DNA of 62,712 nucleotides, counting the filler, from Choristocarpus tenellus KU-1152 (lineage: Eukaryota; Protista; Phaeophyceae): assembly GCA_964200185.2 (NCBI GenBank). It is 7 parts of 7 records of this genome, joined end to end, with 100 filler letters (N's around TTAATTAATTAA, not from the genome) between each part and the next. Parts side by side here need not be neighbours in the genome. Positions count along the whole stretch, not along the records: positions 21,579 to 32,830 come from CAXNAD020002425.1; positions 32,931 to 49,706 come from CAXNAD020000775.1; 5 more parts are not named here. One strand, given 5' to 3'. The notes beneath the pieces are model-generated. The model had not been told where the DNA came from. It ran no database searches and saw only the letters and a program-made list of their open reading frames with translations. Positions 31,438 to 42,793 of this stretch are shown here, in pieces; positions within the stretch are counted from its first letter, which is position 1; the number at the start of each line of letters is the position of its first letter. The position numbers and the translations under genes are program-made.

Positions 31438-32457
31438 GTAGGCAGGCGATGTTGCGGGGATATTGTGATTTTGTTGTGGGGGCAGGGGGGGGGAGAGGGA
31501 GAGAGAGAGGGAGAGAGAGCACAACCCGCTGTTGGTGTCCTGTGTTGTTCTCTGACTTGTTTTGATTTATTTGTTTTGATTTTTTTATTTCTTAGTCTAG
31601 GTGGGTTTGTCTTGTGGTGTGATTGAGGTTTGCTGGATCTGGTGCTGGTGGTGTTGTGGAGCAACTTGTTGATGAGATGTTGATGAGATGTAGCAGGCAT
31701 GATACGCATTGATAGTTTCACTATTGTGCGTGGAGTACTTGCAGTATTGTTATTATTATTATTATTATTATAGAATATAATAATAATAATAATATTATAT
31801 AATAATATTATTGGTTGTCCTTTGTTACAGGTTTAGGGCTAGTGTTAGTGCAGTGTGTGAAGGATGCAGCAAGTGTGTATGGAGAGGGTATACCTTAGTT
31901 TCTATGTTGATGATCACCAACGCGCTTGTTAGTTAGTTAGTATCAGGTCAGTCAGTGCTTCAGATCTACACACATCATTGGGCACATTACAAGGCGGCAC
32001 AAACATTTCTTCATGTTAAATAAACAAACCTTGGTATTTGTGTGTGTGTTATTTATGTGTGTGTTATGTGTGTGTTATGTGTGTGTTATGTGTGTACTGT
32101 GCTGTGTGTGTGTGTGTGTGTGTGTGTGTTGGACAATAGGCTCCACTTCGTAGTAAGTTTGTCGCTTGCCTCTCATGCCTCTCATGCCTCTACACAGTCT
32201 TCTCTACCCAGTGGTGCAGGTGCTACATAAACTGAATTTTAATTCTGCCAACTCTCAAAATGCCATAATCACAAAAGTACTTCAATGATGTTGAATGAGA
32301 CTCTGTCGGCCTTGACCTCATTCCTTCACATATCATACTGTTGTTACTGCCCAATCGTACCGCTTTTTTTAAACTTTTTTTACTATGTAGTGGCGGTACT
32401 TGGGGTTAGGGTTAGAGATTAGTGTGGATACCCACTGTCTTGTGATATCAATCAAAT

Positions 32458-32830
32458 GGATGTACAAGTAAATTGAAGTACTCAGTATCAGGATGTACAA
32501 GTAATTTGAAGTACTCAGTATCAGGATGTACAAGTGAATTGAAGTACTCAGTATCAGGATGTACAAGTGAATTGAAGTACTCAGTATCAGGATGTACAAG
32601 TAATTTGAAGTACTTAGTATCAGGATGTACAAGTAATTTGAAGTACTCAGTATCAGGATGTACAAGTGAATTGAAGTACTCAGTATCAGGATGTACAAGT
32701 GAATTGAAGTACTTAGTATCAGGATGTACAAGTAATTTGAAGTACTCAGTATCAGGATGTACAAGTGAATTGAAGTACTCAGTATCAGGATGTACAAGTG
32801 AATTGAAGTACTTAGTATCAGGATGTACAA
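32458..32830. repeat. 33-bp minisatellite, at least 11 copies, truncated by the contig end
   Basis: Unit ggatgtacaagt(ga/aa)(a/t)ttgaagtact(c/t)agtatca repeated head-to-tail without spacers. Confidence 0.97.
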
Positions 32831-32930
32831 NNNNNNNNNNNNNNNNNNNNNNNNNNNNNNNNNNNNNNNNNNNNTTAATTAATTAANNNNNNNNNNNNNN
32901 NNNNNNNNNNNNNNNNNNNNNNNNNNNNNN

Positions 32931-33096
32931 GGGGGGGGGGGGGGTCTACACTAGAGTGTCCATTCAGACCCTGACTAGGAGAAGTGCCCTTACATTATCC
33001 ATCAGATGCATGCAACCAAATCACCCAAACTTCGCGACATGGAAAAATGGACCCCGAACAGACATTCGCCACCCCCCCCGCCAGATACGTTGAGCC
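32931..33096. mobile_element. MITE family A, partial at contig start
   Basis: ggggtctacactagagtgtccatt...ccagatacgttgagcc matches 38567-38742. Confidence 0.8.
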
Positions 33097-33101
33097 TCAA
33101 A

Positions 33102-33357
33102 GCGTCAAAGTAAACGAGGGATACGCAGACCTGCATTTATACCGACAAACATGTGGAAACTTCGGCATTTTTTACAAAAGAGTAGAGTATATTTCTGAAT
33201 TGTGGTAGAAAAGTTTAAAGCATTAATAGAGAAATAAACGCTGTCAAGCCAAACTTAGAACTATATCCATAAAAACATGGATGAATTCCAAAAGATTGCA
33301 AAACAGACATCAATGCAATACCACCAAAACCTGGAGCCCTCTCTGTTACTCTGGCTC
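33102..33357. mobile_element. MITE family B, directly beside the family A copy
   Basis: gtcaaagtaaacgaggga at left, ctctctgttactctggctc at right; interior is the reverse complement of 22816-23080. Confidence 0.75.
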
Positions 33358-33991
33358 AAACACCTTACTTAGGCTCTCCGACCACACGAAACCAGATATA
33401 AATACGTCAAATCCGTAATCAAATTTTCATGTATGTCCCACATATTTTCTGTCTGTGCGCAGCAAGTAGTGGGCTAGAGGGGTTCGTGGTGAAATCGCCT
33501 CTCGTTAGGTGCTGTGTTGGATTCTTGAAAACGAATTCGGGAAGAACTACTTAATTATAAAGTAGTCTAAGGTCAAAACTCCACTTATCAGAAAAGAGGA
33601 TATTTGTGATGGGTCTTCAGTGTGTTTCTGAGTGATTTGATATTGATATGATACTTGATACATCATATAATAAAATATACGATATGGTACCATAAAATAA
33701 TTGATCCAAATCGGCAGAGTTTTCGAAGCTTCAAGTTTTTGACATCTTTCTGTTGCGAGGAAACTGCAACAGTTGGCACTTGTGGAAGGAATGAAAAGGT
33801 AGCTTTGGGGTTCCTTTGTGTTGGTGTAACTGAAAAAACTTCGCAACGGGTAGGATATAAATCTCAGCAAATCATGTATCAATTTAATTGTACAAGTTGT
33901 CACAATGAATCACTATTTTGACAGGGTGGTATTCAAATGGACCCCGCATGCTTGAGAGGGTTGGAGAAGTAGTCATCACCTTTAGCGCTCT

Positions 33992-34935
33992 GTGAGTCAG
34001 TACTTTGACATTATAGTTCAGGTTGTCATCATGGCAGATGAGGGTCGGACGAGCATGCCAGACAGTTTACTTGACTATATAAGCAAAGTCAAGAGTGAGA
34101 AGGAAGACAACGGTAGAGAAGAAAGCAACGCGGGGGACATTAAGGAAGAAAATGGTGAAGTTGATGTATTGCCTGTAAAGATTTCCACCAACACCAAAGA
34201 AAGTTCATGAGGTTGGAACTTCTTTTATAGGTGTCACCGGGCATTTCAAGCTGAGGGCTAAATGCCTTGCAGATAAATGCGACCTCAAGCGGGGAGAGAC
34301 CTCCCCCTACTCTGACGAGAGCAACCAGCAGTTCAGCATGACTCTAGGCTGTGCTCAAGAAAGCGACCAAGACGTCCCGCTCAGCAGTGGGGTGATGAGG
34401 TGCCCTCCCTTAGAGATAGAAACAAGGGAATTGCACACAAGAGGGCACGGTTGGAGATTACCAATGAGAATAATCTGCAACATCAGCACCTGGAGGTATA
34501 CCATTGCATGCAACAGTGGATGCAGACGTGGTGGAGGAGGTTCGTGATCCCTTCAAATGGTAGAAGGCCGAAGAGGAGGCTTTGGAGAGTTGATTAAGTT
34601 GTGGCATAGACGTATTTGCCTGCACAGGCCACTTCAGCTGTATCTGAACGCTTGTTCTCCTTTGCTGGCAACACAGTCACCACCAAGTACAACCAACTGC
34701 CTGGGGATATCGATAATAACAGTGTGGTGCTGCGCTCTCATGGGAATGACTTTGGTTCCCAAGTGTGGAAGGTGGAGGTATTAACAGCTGCAAATACTAT
34801 ATAGTGATTTTGCAAACATCTTCTGGAATCTACATGGGCTTAGGGTAGAGTGGTACATTGGACGTCGTTTTCTCTTTGTTAGCTTATGTTTGCCTTGTTG
34901 GTGTCACCCCGAAAACGGCACTGAGTGTAGACCCC
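33992..34935 (+). mobile_element. hAT-superfamily transposase remnant (internally deleted)
   Basis: DPFKW* followed by PAQATSAVSERLFSFAGNTVTTKYNQL, matching the hAT C-terminal dimerisation motif (P-x-TS-x-x-SER-x-FS-x-AG). Confidence 0.75.
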
Positions 34936-35209
34936 AGCCGAATGACGAGACTTGGAAATATGTTTGTACATACTCTGAAAGAATACTAATAGACGTGTTT
35001 TGCATCACGTTTGACCCACCTCCTGTACTCGTTTGACAAGTCATTAAAGGTTATTCGTTCCATTGGATAAAAGGGCATACTGCTTTTTCGTAGCGAATGG
35101 AGACGGGAGGGACGAACATGACCAATTCCGTCGCTCTCCATTTCCGATATCAAACCAATTATTAAAATATTAAATGTCAATGTCATAGCCACCTTCTTGC
35201 TAAGGTATA

Positions 35210-35458
35210 GAGTCAAAGTACACGGGAGGTATCCGGGGTTGCATTTTAAGGGTGTTGTTGGCAATATGTGCAAGTTTAGGCATTTGTGCAAATGCGTGTA
35301 GGGAATTTTGTCACAACTTTTCCAGCAATAGAGAAATCACCGCTCTTAAGTCAATCTTAGTACTTCGTCCAAAGAAATATCGGTGAATCGCACGAAAAAA
35401 ATAAAAGTGGCTTGAAATGCAAAACTACCAAAACCTGGGTACCTCTCGTTTACATTTT
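35210..35458. mobile_element. MITE family B
   Basis: gagtcaaagtacacgggaggtatcc at left, cctgggtacctctcgtttac at right. Confidence 0.7.
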
Positions 35459-36469
35459 CCCATACCTTCAAAGGGTCCTTCCTGTAGAAGGTATACCTCA
35501 AGATGTGTTTCCTCACATGACATCAGCATTATTTCCTGATGACGTCAACATTGGGTTGTTGCATGGAGCTTACAGGCCCCCCCATTCACTTTCCCTCTTC
35601 ACTCCTCCGTTAGTGATTTTCAGATGGATTACTCACCTGCTGCCTTGTCTCTCTCCATTCCCTGCCTCCTGTGGGTCTTTCCGCTCCCCTTCAGTCTGAA
35701 GAACCTGTCTTGCCTGTTTCTATCTGATTCACAGTGGTGAACGACAGCAGTTTGTTGAATAACCTAGTGTTATCCTTGCGTTAAATGTGCTGATACAAGT
35801 ATATAACATAGGTTTCATGTACGTTTATATTTGGTTTGGTACAATACCAGTCATAACGTGCAAACGGTATGATAAGCAACGGTATGATGAGCCAGTGTTG
35901 GACACCTGACAATTAATGATTTAGTGTATTTAGAGTAAGTTTTACTATGTAACTCAACCAGCGGGTTTGGGTGACGAGCCTTACATGTGCTAATCTTCTC
36001 AACAGAGTTCTGAAATGGGAGAGTAATTCAACAAATTTTTTGGGGACACGCTTAGTACATTGCCCGTACTTTGAGGACCACACCTGTTCTGTCTATGTAT
36101 GCTATATTATTCCAATTCGCATCTAGTTCGATCAAGGAGACAACACGACACGTTCGACATGACAGAGAATCGTTTCAGGTGTTCATGGTGAGGAATTCAA
36201 AGAGAAGGAATCAGAGGAACACCTTCTACTGGTCTTTTACAACCACAATCCTATTTCGTTCACAAGTTCTAGTAGAAGATGGAACGAAGCTTCTTTGTGG
36301 ACATGTATTGTGGTATTTTTATTATTATTCCCTCAGACATTTTGTAGACGTGTTAGGGGAAAAACCAATGAAAACAAGTTACATATCAGAAAAATTCCTT
36401 TAAAAGCAACGGTTGTAATAAATGTATCACAATATCAAATATCAACATTTTTTAATGGTTTGATAAAAG

Positions 36470-37057
36470 TCCAGTCAACCTCCCATCTTGCCCACTCATC
36501 CACCAGCAACGGTGTTGCTGCTGCTGCAGCTGAGGTGCGAAAGCGCACCCAATACGAGGGCTCTTTTGAACCCTCGTAGTTATAACCTCAAATCCTTGGT
36601 GATGGAAAGTTTGGGGAGCCTTGGTAAGCAAGCGGAAAGTTTTCTGGATGAGCTAGCTACGCAAGCGGTAGGGGGGAGAGGGAAAGGAGGCCATAGCAGG
36701 AAGGGGGCTGTCAAATCCTGTCTACGACAGATAGCTTCTGTCACAACACAGGTAGCCCTATCCAGACGGGTCATGCGCTTCAACCTGGAGACACCAGGGA
36801 GACGGGCAAGGAGGGGCTTGTTACATTCGTGGGATACCTCCCTAGCCCGTCACCCTGGAGTACAGGACTAAGCTAGGTTAAAGACACAGTAAGGGAACGG
36901 TGTAGCATAGCTGGTTGTAAAATAGCGAGTAGATTAATGTTTTTCACATTTATGACAACTGTTACTTTTTAGGGTTCATTCTGCTATGTGAATAGTTTTG
37001 TTGATTTTTCCCCTGACACATCTGCAGATTGTCAGAGGGAATAATAATAATAATAAT
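36470..37057 (+). mobile_element. 3' end of a non-LTR retrotransposon (CRE/R2-type, restriction-like endonuclease C-terminus) with (TAA)n tail; inverted tail fragment at 36319-36378
   Basis: AAAAEVRKRTQY...LVMESLGSLGKQAESFLDELA...IASVTTQVALSRR pattern typical of RLE-type LINE C-termini (frameshifted); ends gagggaataataataataataa. Confidence 0.65.
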
Positions 37058-37720
37058 TAAGTACGTATCACTGTAGAAAGCAGCTTTGTCTGTTGTTATA
37101 CCTTTATTGCCGCATGCCATATTTTACAAAAGCACTATTGCAACAATAACCTCTTGGGGTATACCGTTATTACACCTTCATCACAAACCACAAAAACAAT
37201 CCGATACTTGGAATGAGATACATATATTATGGTGGAAGAGAGAAATAAACATGTAAATGATCAAAATACAATTTTCATCTCAACCCATATTCAAACAACA
37301 AAGGATTAATATCATTCCTCTTCCTGCCCATCCCCAGTTATCACTGGCACACTAGCATGAGTTGATAAAAAACTAGAATGCCACCCATTCACTCAACTTC
37401 TCACTCTATTCTTCTTGTGTGTGCCGCGACTACCATGACACTTTTATGTATATCTGTATGACCCATATATACGTGTTGATGATGCAGTAGTACAGTATGA
37501 TCTCTATGTGATTTCACGGATGGACAGATAAACTTACATACTTCCTGCATGTCTGTCCGTCTATCCTGAAAATGTTGCAAGCAGAAACCGAAAGAAACAA
37601 ATATGACCCAAGCAATGTGACAATAATCGTAACCCCATTGTAATATAAACATACATATTCCTATTCCTCTTGTATTATTTCTTGATTTTTTGGGGGAGGT
37701 TAGGACTAGGATTTTGGGGG

Positions 37721-37750
37721 TTAGGGTTAGGGTTAGGGTTAGGGTTAGGG
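37721..37750. repeat. Interstitial telomere-type (TTAGGG)5 tract with degenerate flanks
   Basis: Directly visible; shorter tracts near 2525, 32403, 45413, 45871, 46877, 47524, 53572. Confidence 0.9.
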
Positions 37751-38015
37751 TTAAGGTCAGGGTTGGGGTTCAGGTTATATATCGATATTCCTATGGGTAT
37801 GTTATGGGGGTCTGGTTACCAACAGATCTCCTGTGTCTTAGGGTTATGGCTAACCCTAAGTTTTGGTTGCATACGTCCCTGGTGTAGACCGCCACCCTCC
37901 ACCAGATACGTTGGGTCAATATTCTAGGAATGACATTCCTTGCATTGCCTGAACAAATTTTTCTTTATTACATGCCATTACTCGTTCGATGTCACTATTA
38001 ATTTTGCATGCCATG

Positions 38016-38040
38016 TAGTAATAGTAGTAGTAGTAGTAGT

Positions 38041-38074
<34 letters not shown>

Positions 38075-38080
38075 GTAGTG
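38016..38080. repeat. Compound (GTA)n(GCA)n microsatellite
   Basis: Directly visible. Confidence 0.9.
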
Positions 38081-38098
38081 TTACAGGCACTGGCACTA

Positions 38099-38395
38099 TG
38101 TCTTGATGGCGGTTTCGTAAACACCATAATGACCTTGAAGTCCTAGATTTGATATATTTGTACGTCTTGACTATTTACTTGTTATTTTGTTGTTTTCATG
38201 CCCCCAAGTGGTACATCGTTGTCAGTTCCTTTTATATGATGATATTGGCGATAATTACGAAAGGAATAATCCAAGTGAGAGATCCACTATACTTGACGAC
38301 TTGTGCATCAGGAGTCCTGTACGTGCATCATCGTCATCTATAGGCTTGTGAGCTGGATCTATACGTCCTGTCTGTGGAGGTAAGCTTCTGGAGCG
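38099..38395. repeat. Dispersed repeat family C, copy 2
   Basis: Aligns with 1194-1471. Confidence 0.8.
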
Positions 38396-38566
38396 TGCTG
38401 TAACAGTAGACTTGGAGCTAAAGTAGAAGCCGTACCCACTAAAAAACACACTAATAACTAGACAGAGAACATTTCCCCTAATATCAAGAGAAGAACGAAG
38501 AATCAAATATAGCACCAGCGTTGGTAGGAGTTAGGTGGGCCAGGAAGGACATCCATTAGTAGAACT

Positions 38567-38742
38567 GCCTCAAAGTATCTGAGGAGGGGGGTCCTACACC
38601 AGGGCGTCCATTTGGGCCCTGACCAAGAAAAGTGTACGTAGGTTATCTATCCGACACATGCAACTAAATCACCCAAAAATTGTGAAATGGAAAGATGGGC
38701 CCCAAATGGACGGCCACCACCCCCCGCCAGATACTTTGAGCC
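38567..38742. mobile_element. MITE family A, complete (about 176 bp, TIR CTCAAAGTATCTG followed by a G-rich run)
   Basis: gcctcaaagtatctga...ccagatactttgagcc inverted ends. Confidence 0.88.
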
Positions 38743-41700
38743 ATTATACAAGAATTCTACTGTTATTGTGAAGCGAAAGAATTACGACTACCATTAAATC
38801 CTGAAATAAATCGATGAATCGAATTGAACTGTAGGCGTGTAAGGCAACTTGCGCGTAATGCACACAGTTCACTGAGTGGCATGTGGTGCCTGGTGGCAAA
38901 ACTCCAAGGACTCCACAAGTTTCGCAAGACAGATCCAAAGCCATGTATTGTGAGATGTGTAGGGAGTTGTGGATAGTGACACCTTGTGGTGACTATGGGT
39001 TTTTGTGATATCCAACACGTTCATTAGTCAAACCACTTCTGGTCGCAGTGTGATTAAAAAAAAAACCAAATAACCAACTTTTCCAGTCCAGTCATTTGGT
39101 AATCGAACTGTAGGGGATTGAATTGTCTCAAATCATAACAAACAAAAAAACACAAAGAAAGCTTTGAATTATATGGGAGAAAATAATGCTGAGATTATAA
39201 ATGGACAAGTAACAATCGAAGTGAAGACCAAATATCAATTCCGGGTTATACTCTCTTAACCAACGACCTGATTGTTGACCATCCACGCTGTAGATAACTG
39301 TCATGGCAAGCAGAGCACCTAACATACACAGCATGTCAGAGGCACGTGCAGAACGCCTAACACTTCTCAAGTTGGTGTTTGTCACCACCACCACCTCATC
39401 AATCTCATCTCAGGGGGAACATCAGGTTGAAGTAGTCTATCGTTTGTTTAGTTCACCATATTGATGCCCTATCTTACCATAGCAACACCGGATCCTACCT
39501 CTCAGGAGTTCTCAAGGATGTGACCTGTATCCCCACATGGCCGTGTGGGCTTTTGGAACTTTTCTTCTTCAAACACTGGGCTCAAACGAACTCACCCGAA
39601 GCACTTTCCTTCTCATTGCATATCTCCCGAATGCCTCACCCAGTTACCCCGACGCCAGATCCCTTGTTCCTGATCTCCTCTGAAGACTCATTCTCATCCG
39701 AGTCCTTACCTTCCTCATCATCCGAATCTGTTTCCTCAAGAGGAAGATCACTCTACTCCGCTCCTTCCTCTGAATCTGAAGGTTCTTGGACTTGAACTTG
39801 GGACAAGGATCTTTCTGAAACCTCTTTTCTGGATGGTCACACAATCTACAGTGAAGGTCACCACCCATTTCCTGTGCTCGGAATCTACATTGGAGGTCTG
39901 CCAACAATCCTTCCGACCGAGGTCTGAGCCTTCCAAGCCTTCGTGACCTTGTAAGTAGCAAGATTTGCCATTGGGACCTCAGAACTTTTATAGGGTAGGA
40001 GTCTGCAGGAACAAATTTTGATGCAGTGATCTACTTATACATGACCCATGAGACCTCATACATATCAACTACTCCGGACGGAGTACACAAACCTTTTGCC
40101 TGCAAACACACGCAAAGCAAACGTAACGTAAGGTCCTCTTGCAAAAATAAAGATAAAAATTATTTGATCCAAATACATTTTTGTTTGGTGTTTGGAGGCT
40201 GAGGTGATTTGTGAATTTTAAGGTGTATTTTGACACTCATTCATCAAGGGTCCAAACCATATTCAAATATTTTAAATGTTTTCCAAAAATCCCCCATGCG
40301 TCCCTCCTAGCATTCTCGCTACACGCATGTATGTACTTTCTTCTGATCTTGAACCAACAACAGATTATTTGAAGAGTACTATGTGCATGCAAATACTGGA
40401 GAATAAATAAACCTTTGACGCGTGCACATTTTTCATTGCTTGCTTGGAGCGACAAAGCGAATTCAGCAGTTGGACTAGTACAACATGTAGTGGGTCCGGA
40501 CAAGCCAGAAAAAGTTAGACTGCCTGGCGGCCATGGTCAGGACATACAAGAGAAACGTTGAACTGATCGACAAGTAGATACTGGCCGGTGCAGTACCCAG
40601 AGTACATGGGTCGAAGATGTTAGAGAATGCTACACTTGGTGGTGGACATGGAGGGGTACAATACCTAGTGGACATGGAGAGAATGTTTGACCCCATCCAG
40701 CTTGCGGGCATGGACCAGTTCAACACCTAGTGGACATCGACCGGAACATATTAAATAATAAATTGTGGGACCAGTGGAGCTGGCGGACACCATTTTATTT
40801 TGCTGGTCCAATGAAAAACCCTCGAAATTTTCTGAGTCGGTTAATACATTATTAAAAGCTGCTAGGTTGTATCACTTGATGCAAAGCATGTGTGCGTATG
40901 TGTACATAATGTTCATCGCACACAATATCCCAACAAAAGCGTTTATGAAATAACACCTATGGATACGTAATGTTTACTGTATCTGTTGTTGCTCTTCTGT
41001 GTATAATATATTGCTTGCCCTCTGAGCGTTCCTACACATCTGTCGCTCACAACCACCCATCATGCATGTATGTATGTAAGTTGGAAAATGTTGCAATGCA
41101 CACAAATGCACTCATTACCTATAAATCTACTAGCAATACTCGTACACCCCCAGTGGTGATACCACTACTTGTATGTGAGCAGGTCAGGGCGGGGAAGAGA
41201 GGGACACAGTCGGTGTCCAGAAAGTACTTCAACAAGGTCCAGCGCAAGGAGGGGATCTTTCTTCACATATACCATGAGGTGTATGTTTATGAGCTTACGA
41301 TATCACGTGTAAATATATATAAATAAATGAAACCCCCAAATACCATTGTTGGCTCCCAGCCTACTCAGAACATGTAAACGAGAGAACTGTGCTGTACATA
41401 TGCAAGGCAATGAGAGAACCATGTACTAGTAAGGTCAAAACCATATCAATGTACCCCTGTGATATCATCTCCTCTTCTGTAATGACTATAATGCCAGCAT
41501 GAACAATACCAAGAGACTGAATCCTGAATGAGAATCTGTCCCTGAAATGTAAACCAATTCAAACGAGATTCTACTGCACGGACGGAGTACTCCCTCCAGG
41601 CCCAGTATCTACAATCAAAACACCCTATCTGCAGTGTGACAGGGCGTTCTTGACGGAAATAGTAGGCATGCATCAATAGTGACTGTCAACGTCGGAAAAT

Positions 41701-42793
41701 TCTCAGGCAGTCAACTCACAAATGTGCCCATGCTTAAGGTTCAATATAATGGTGTCATCAAAGGGTGGCACACCTAAATCATATGACAAAAACCTTGTGA
41801 AACATGAACCACTATTGCAACACCATCTTGTTGCCTGACCGTCACTTGAAGAGGTTAGAGAATAACAACTCAATGGTTCAAAATATATTCCATGTATTAT
41901 ATACAAGGTTTGCTTGAAAGTCAGTTCCTAATGAAAACACTTCTGGAACACCGACAAAATAGGGAGAAGACAGACAGGTGTGGCATACAGAGAAAGAAAG
42001 GACCTCTGGGGGGAAAGTCGATCATGCCCCTCTTGAAGGTCCAAGGAACAGACCATCGACCTCCACACACAATCAAACGATTGAGATGACATTTGGATTG
42101 GGGCTGGCTAAATCACAATGTGTACAAAAATATTATTACTACTGAGGCCTAATCACCCCCTCGTGGCACGTCATTTCAATGCATCAAGGTCACAAGGACA
42201 CAATCAATGACTGCAGAGGGTGTGGATTATACCCAAAGCAAAAAAAAACTAGCTTGCCGAACAGTTCAACTTGAAGCAATTAGTGATGACTTCTTCTCAC
42301 AAGCCCTATCCCTAACCCAAACACACAGCAAGATGTCTGAGCCTCACTCTCATGTCCTTAACAACATAATTTTACTCACCACAAGTTGTCATTGTCAGGT
42401 CTGGTGACCAACACTTGCTGGAGTCAGCTGTCACAAAACACAGATTCAACGAGATGACAACTCCACATTCGGAGACGTACAAGTCATCACACTGCACACA
42501 CACTTCAAAGTTCAATAACGTTATAACTGCAATAGTCAAGTACCTCACTCTTGGCCGTTCCCAAGACCACCACGTTTTTACACCATCAAGCTGTAGAATA
42601 ACAGGAAAACAAATCTGCAACCATCAAGAAGACAGCAAAGCAATTGAACTCAGGACATCACTCAAGACAACACCAGATAAATTAGTCAAATGCATGCCAA
42701 CCAGTAGCAACCTCTACTCTCTTCTTTCGTTTTCTTACTCCTTCCACTCCCTGGTTTGTGTAAACAAAGCATGCATCAGCCCTTTGACCTGCC

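Noticed and set aside
32369-32886. CRISPR array or repeat protein (ORFs 32369-32830 and 32473-32886)
   Set aside because: Units are contiguous with no unique spacers, no cas genes, eukaryotic context; the ORFs are by-products of a 33-bp unit.
37670-38146. GLGLGL / VRVRVR and poly-Val/Ala ORFs
   Set aside because: Translations of TTAGGG and trinucleotide microsatellites.
39520-41280. Acidic ORF fragments and an exon-like segment (VRAGKRGTQSVSRKYFNKVQRKEGIFLHIYHE)
   Set aside because: In-frame stops nearby, no recognisable family and no consistent gene model; probably a decayed transposon.
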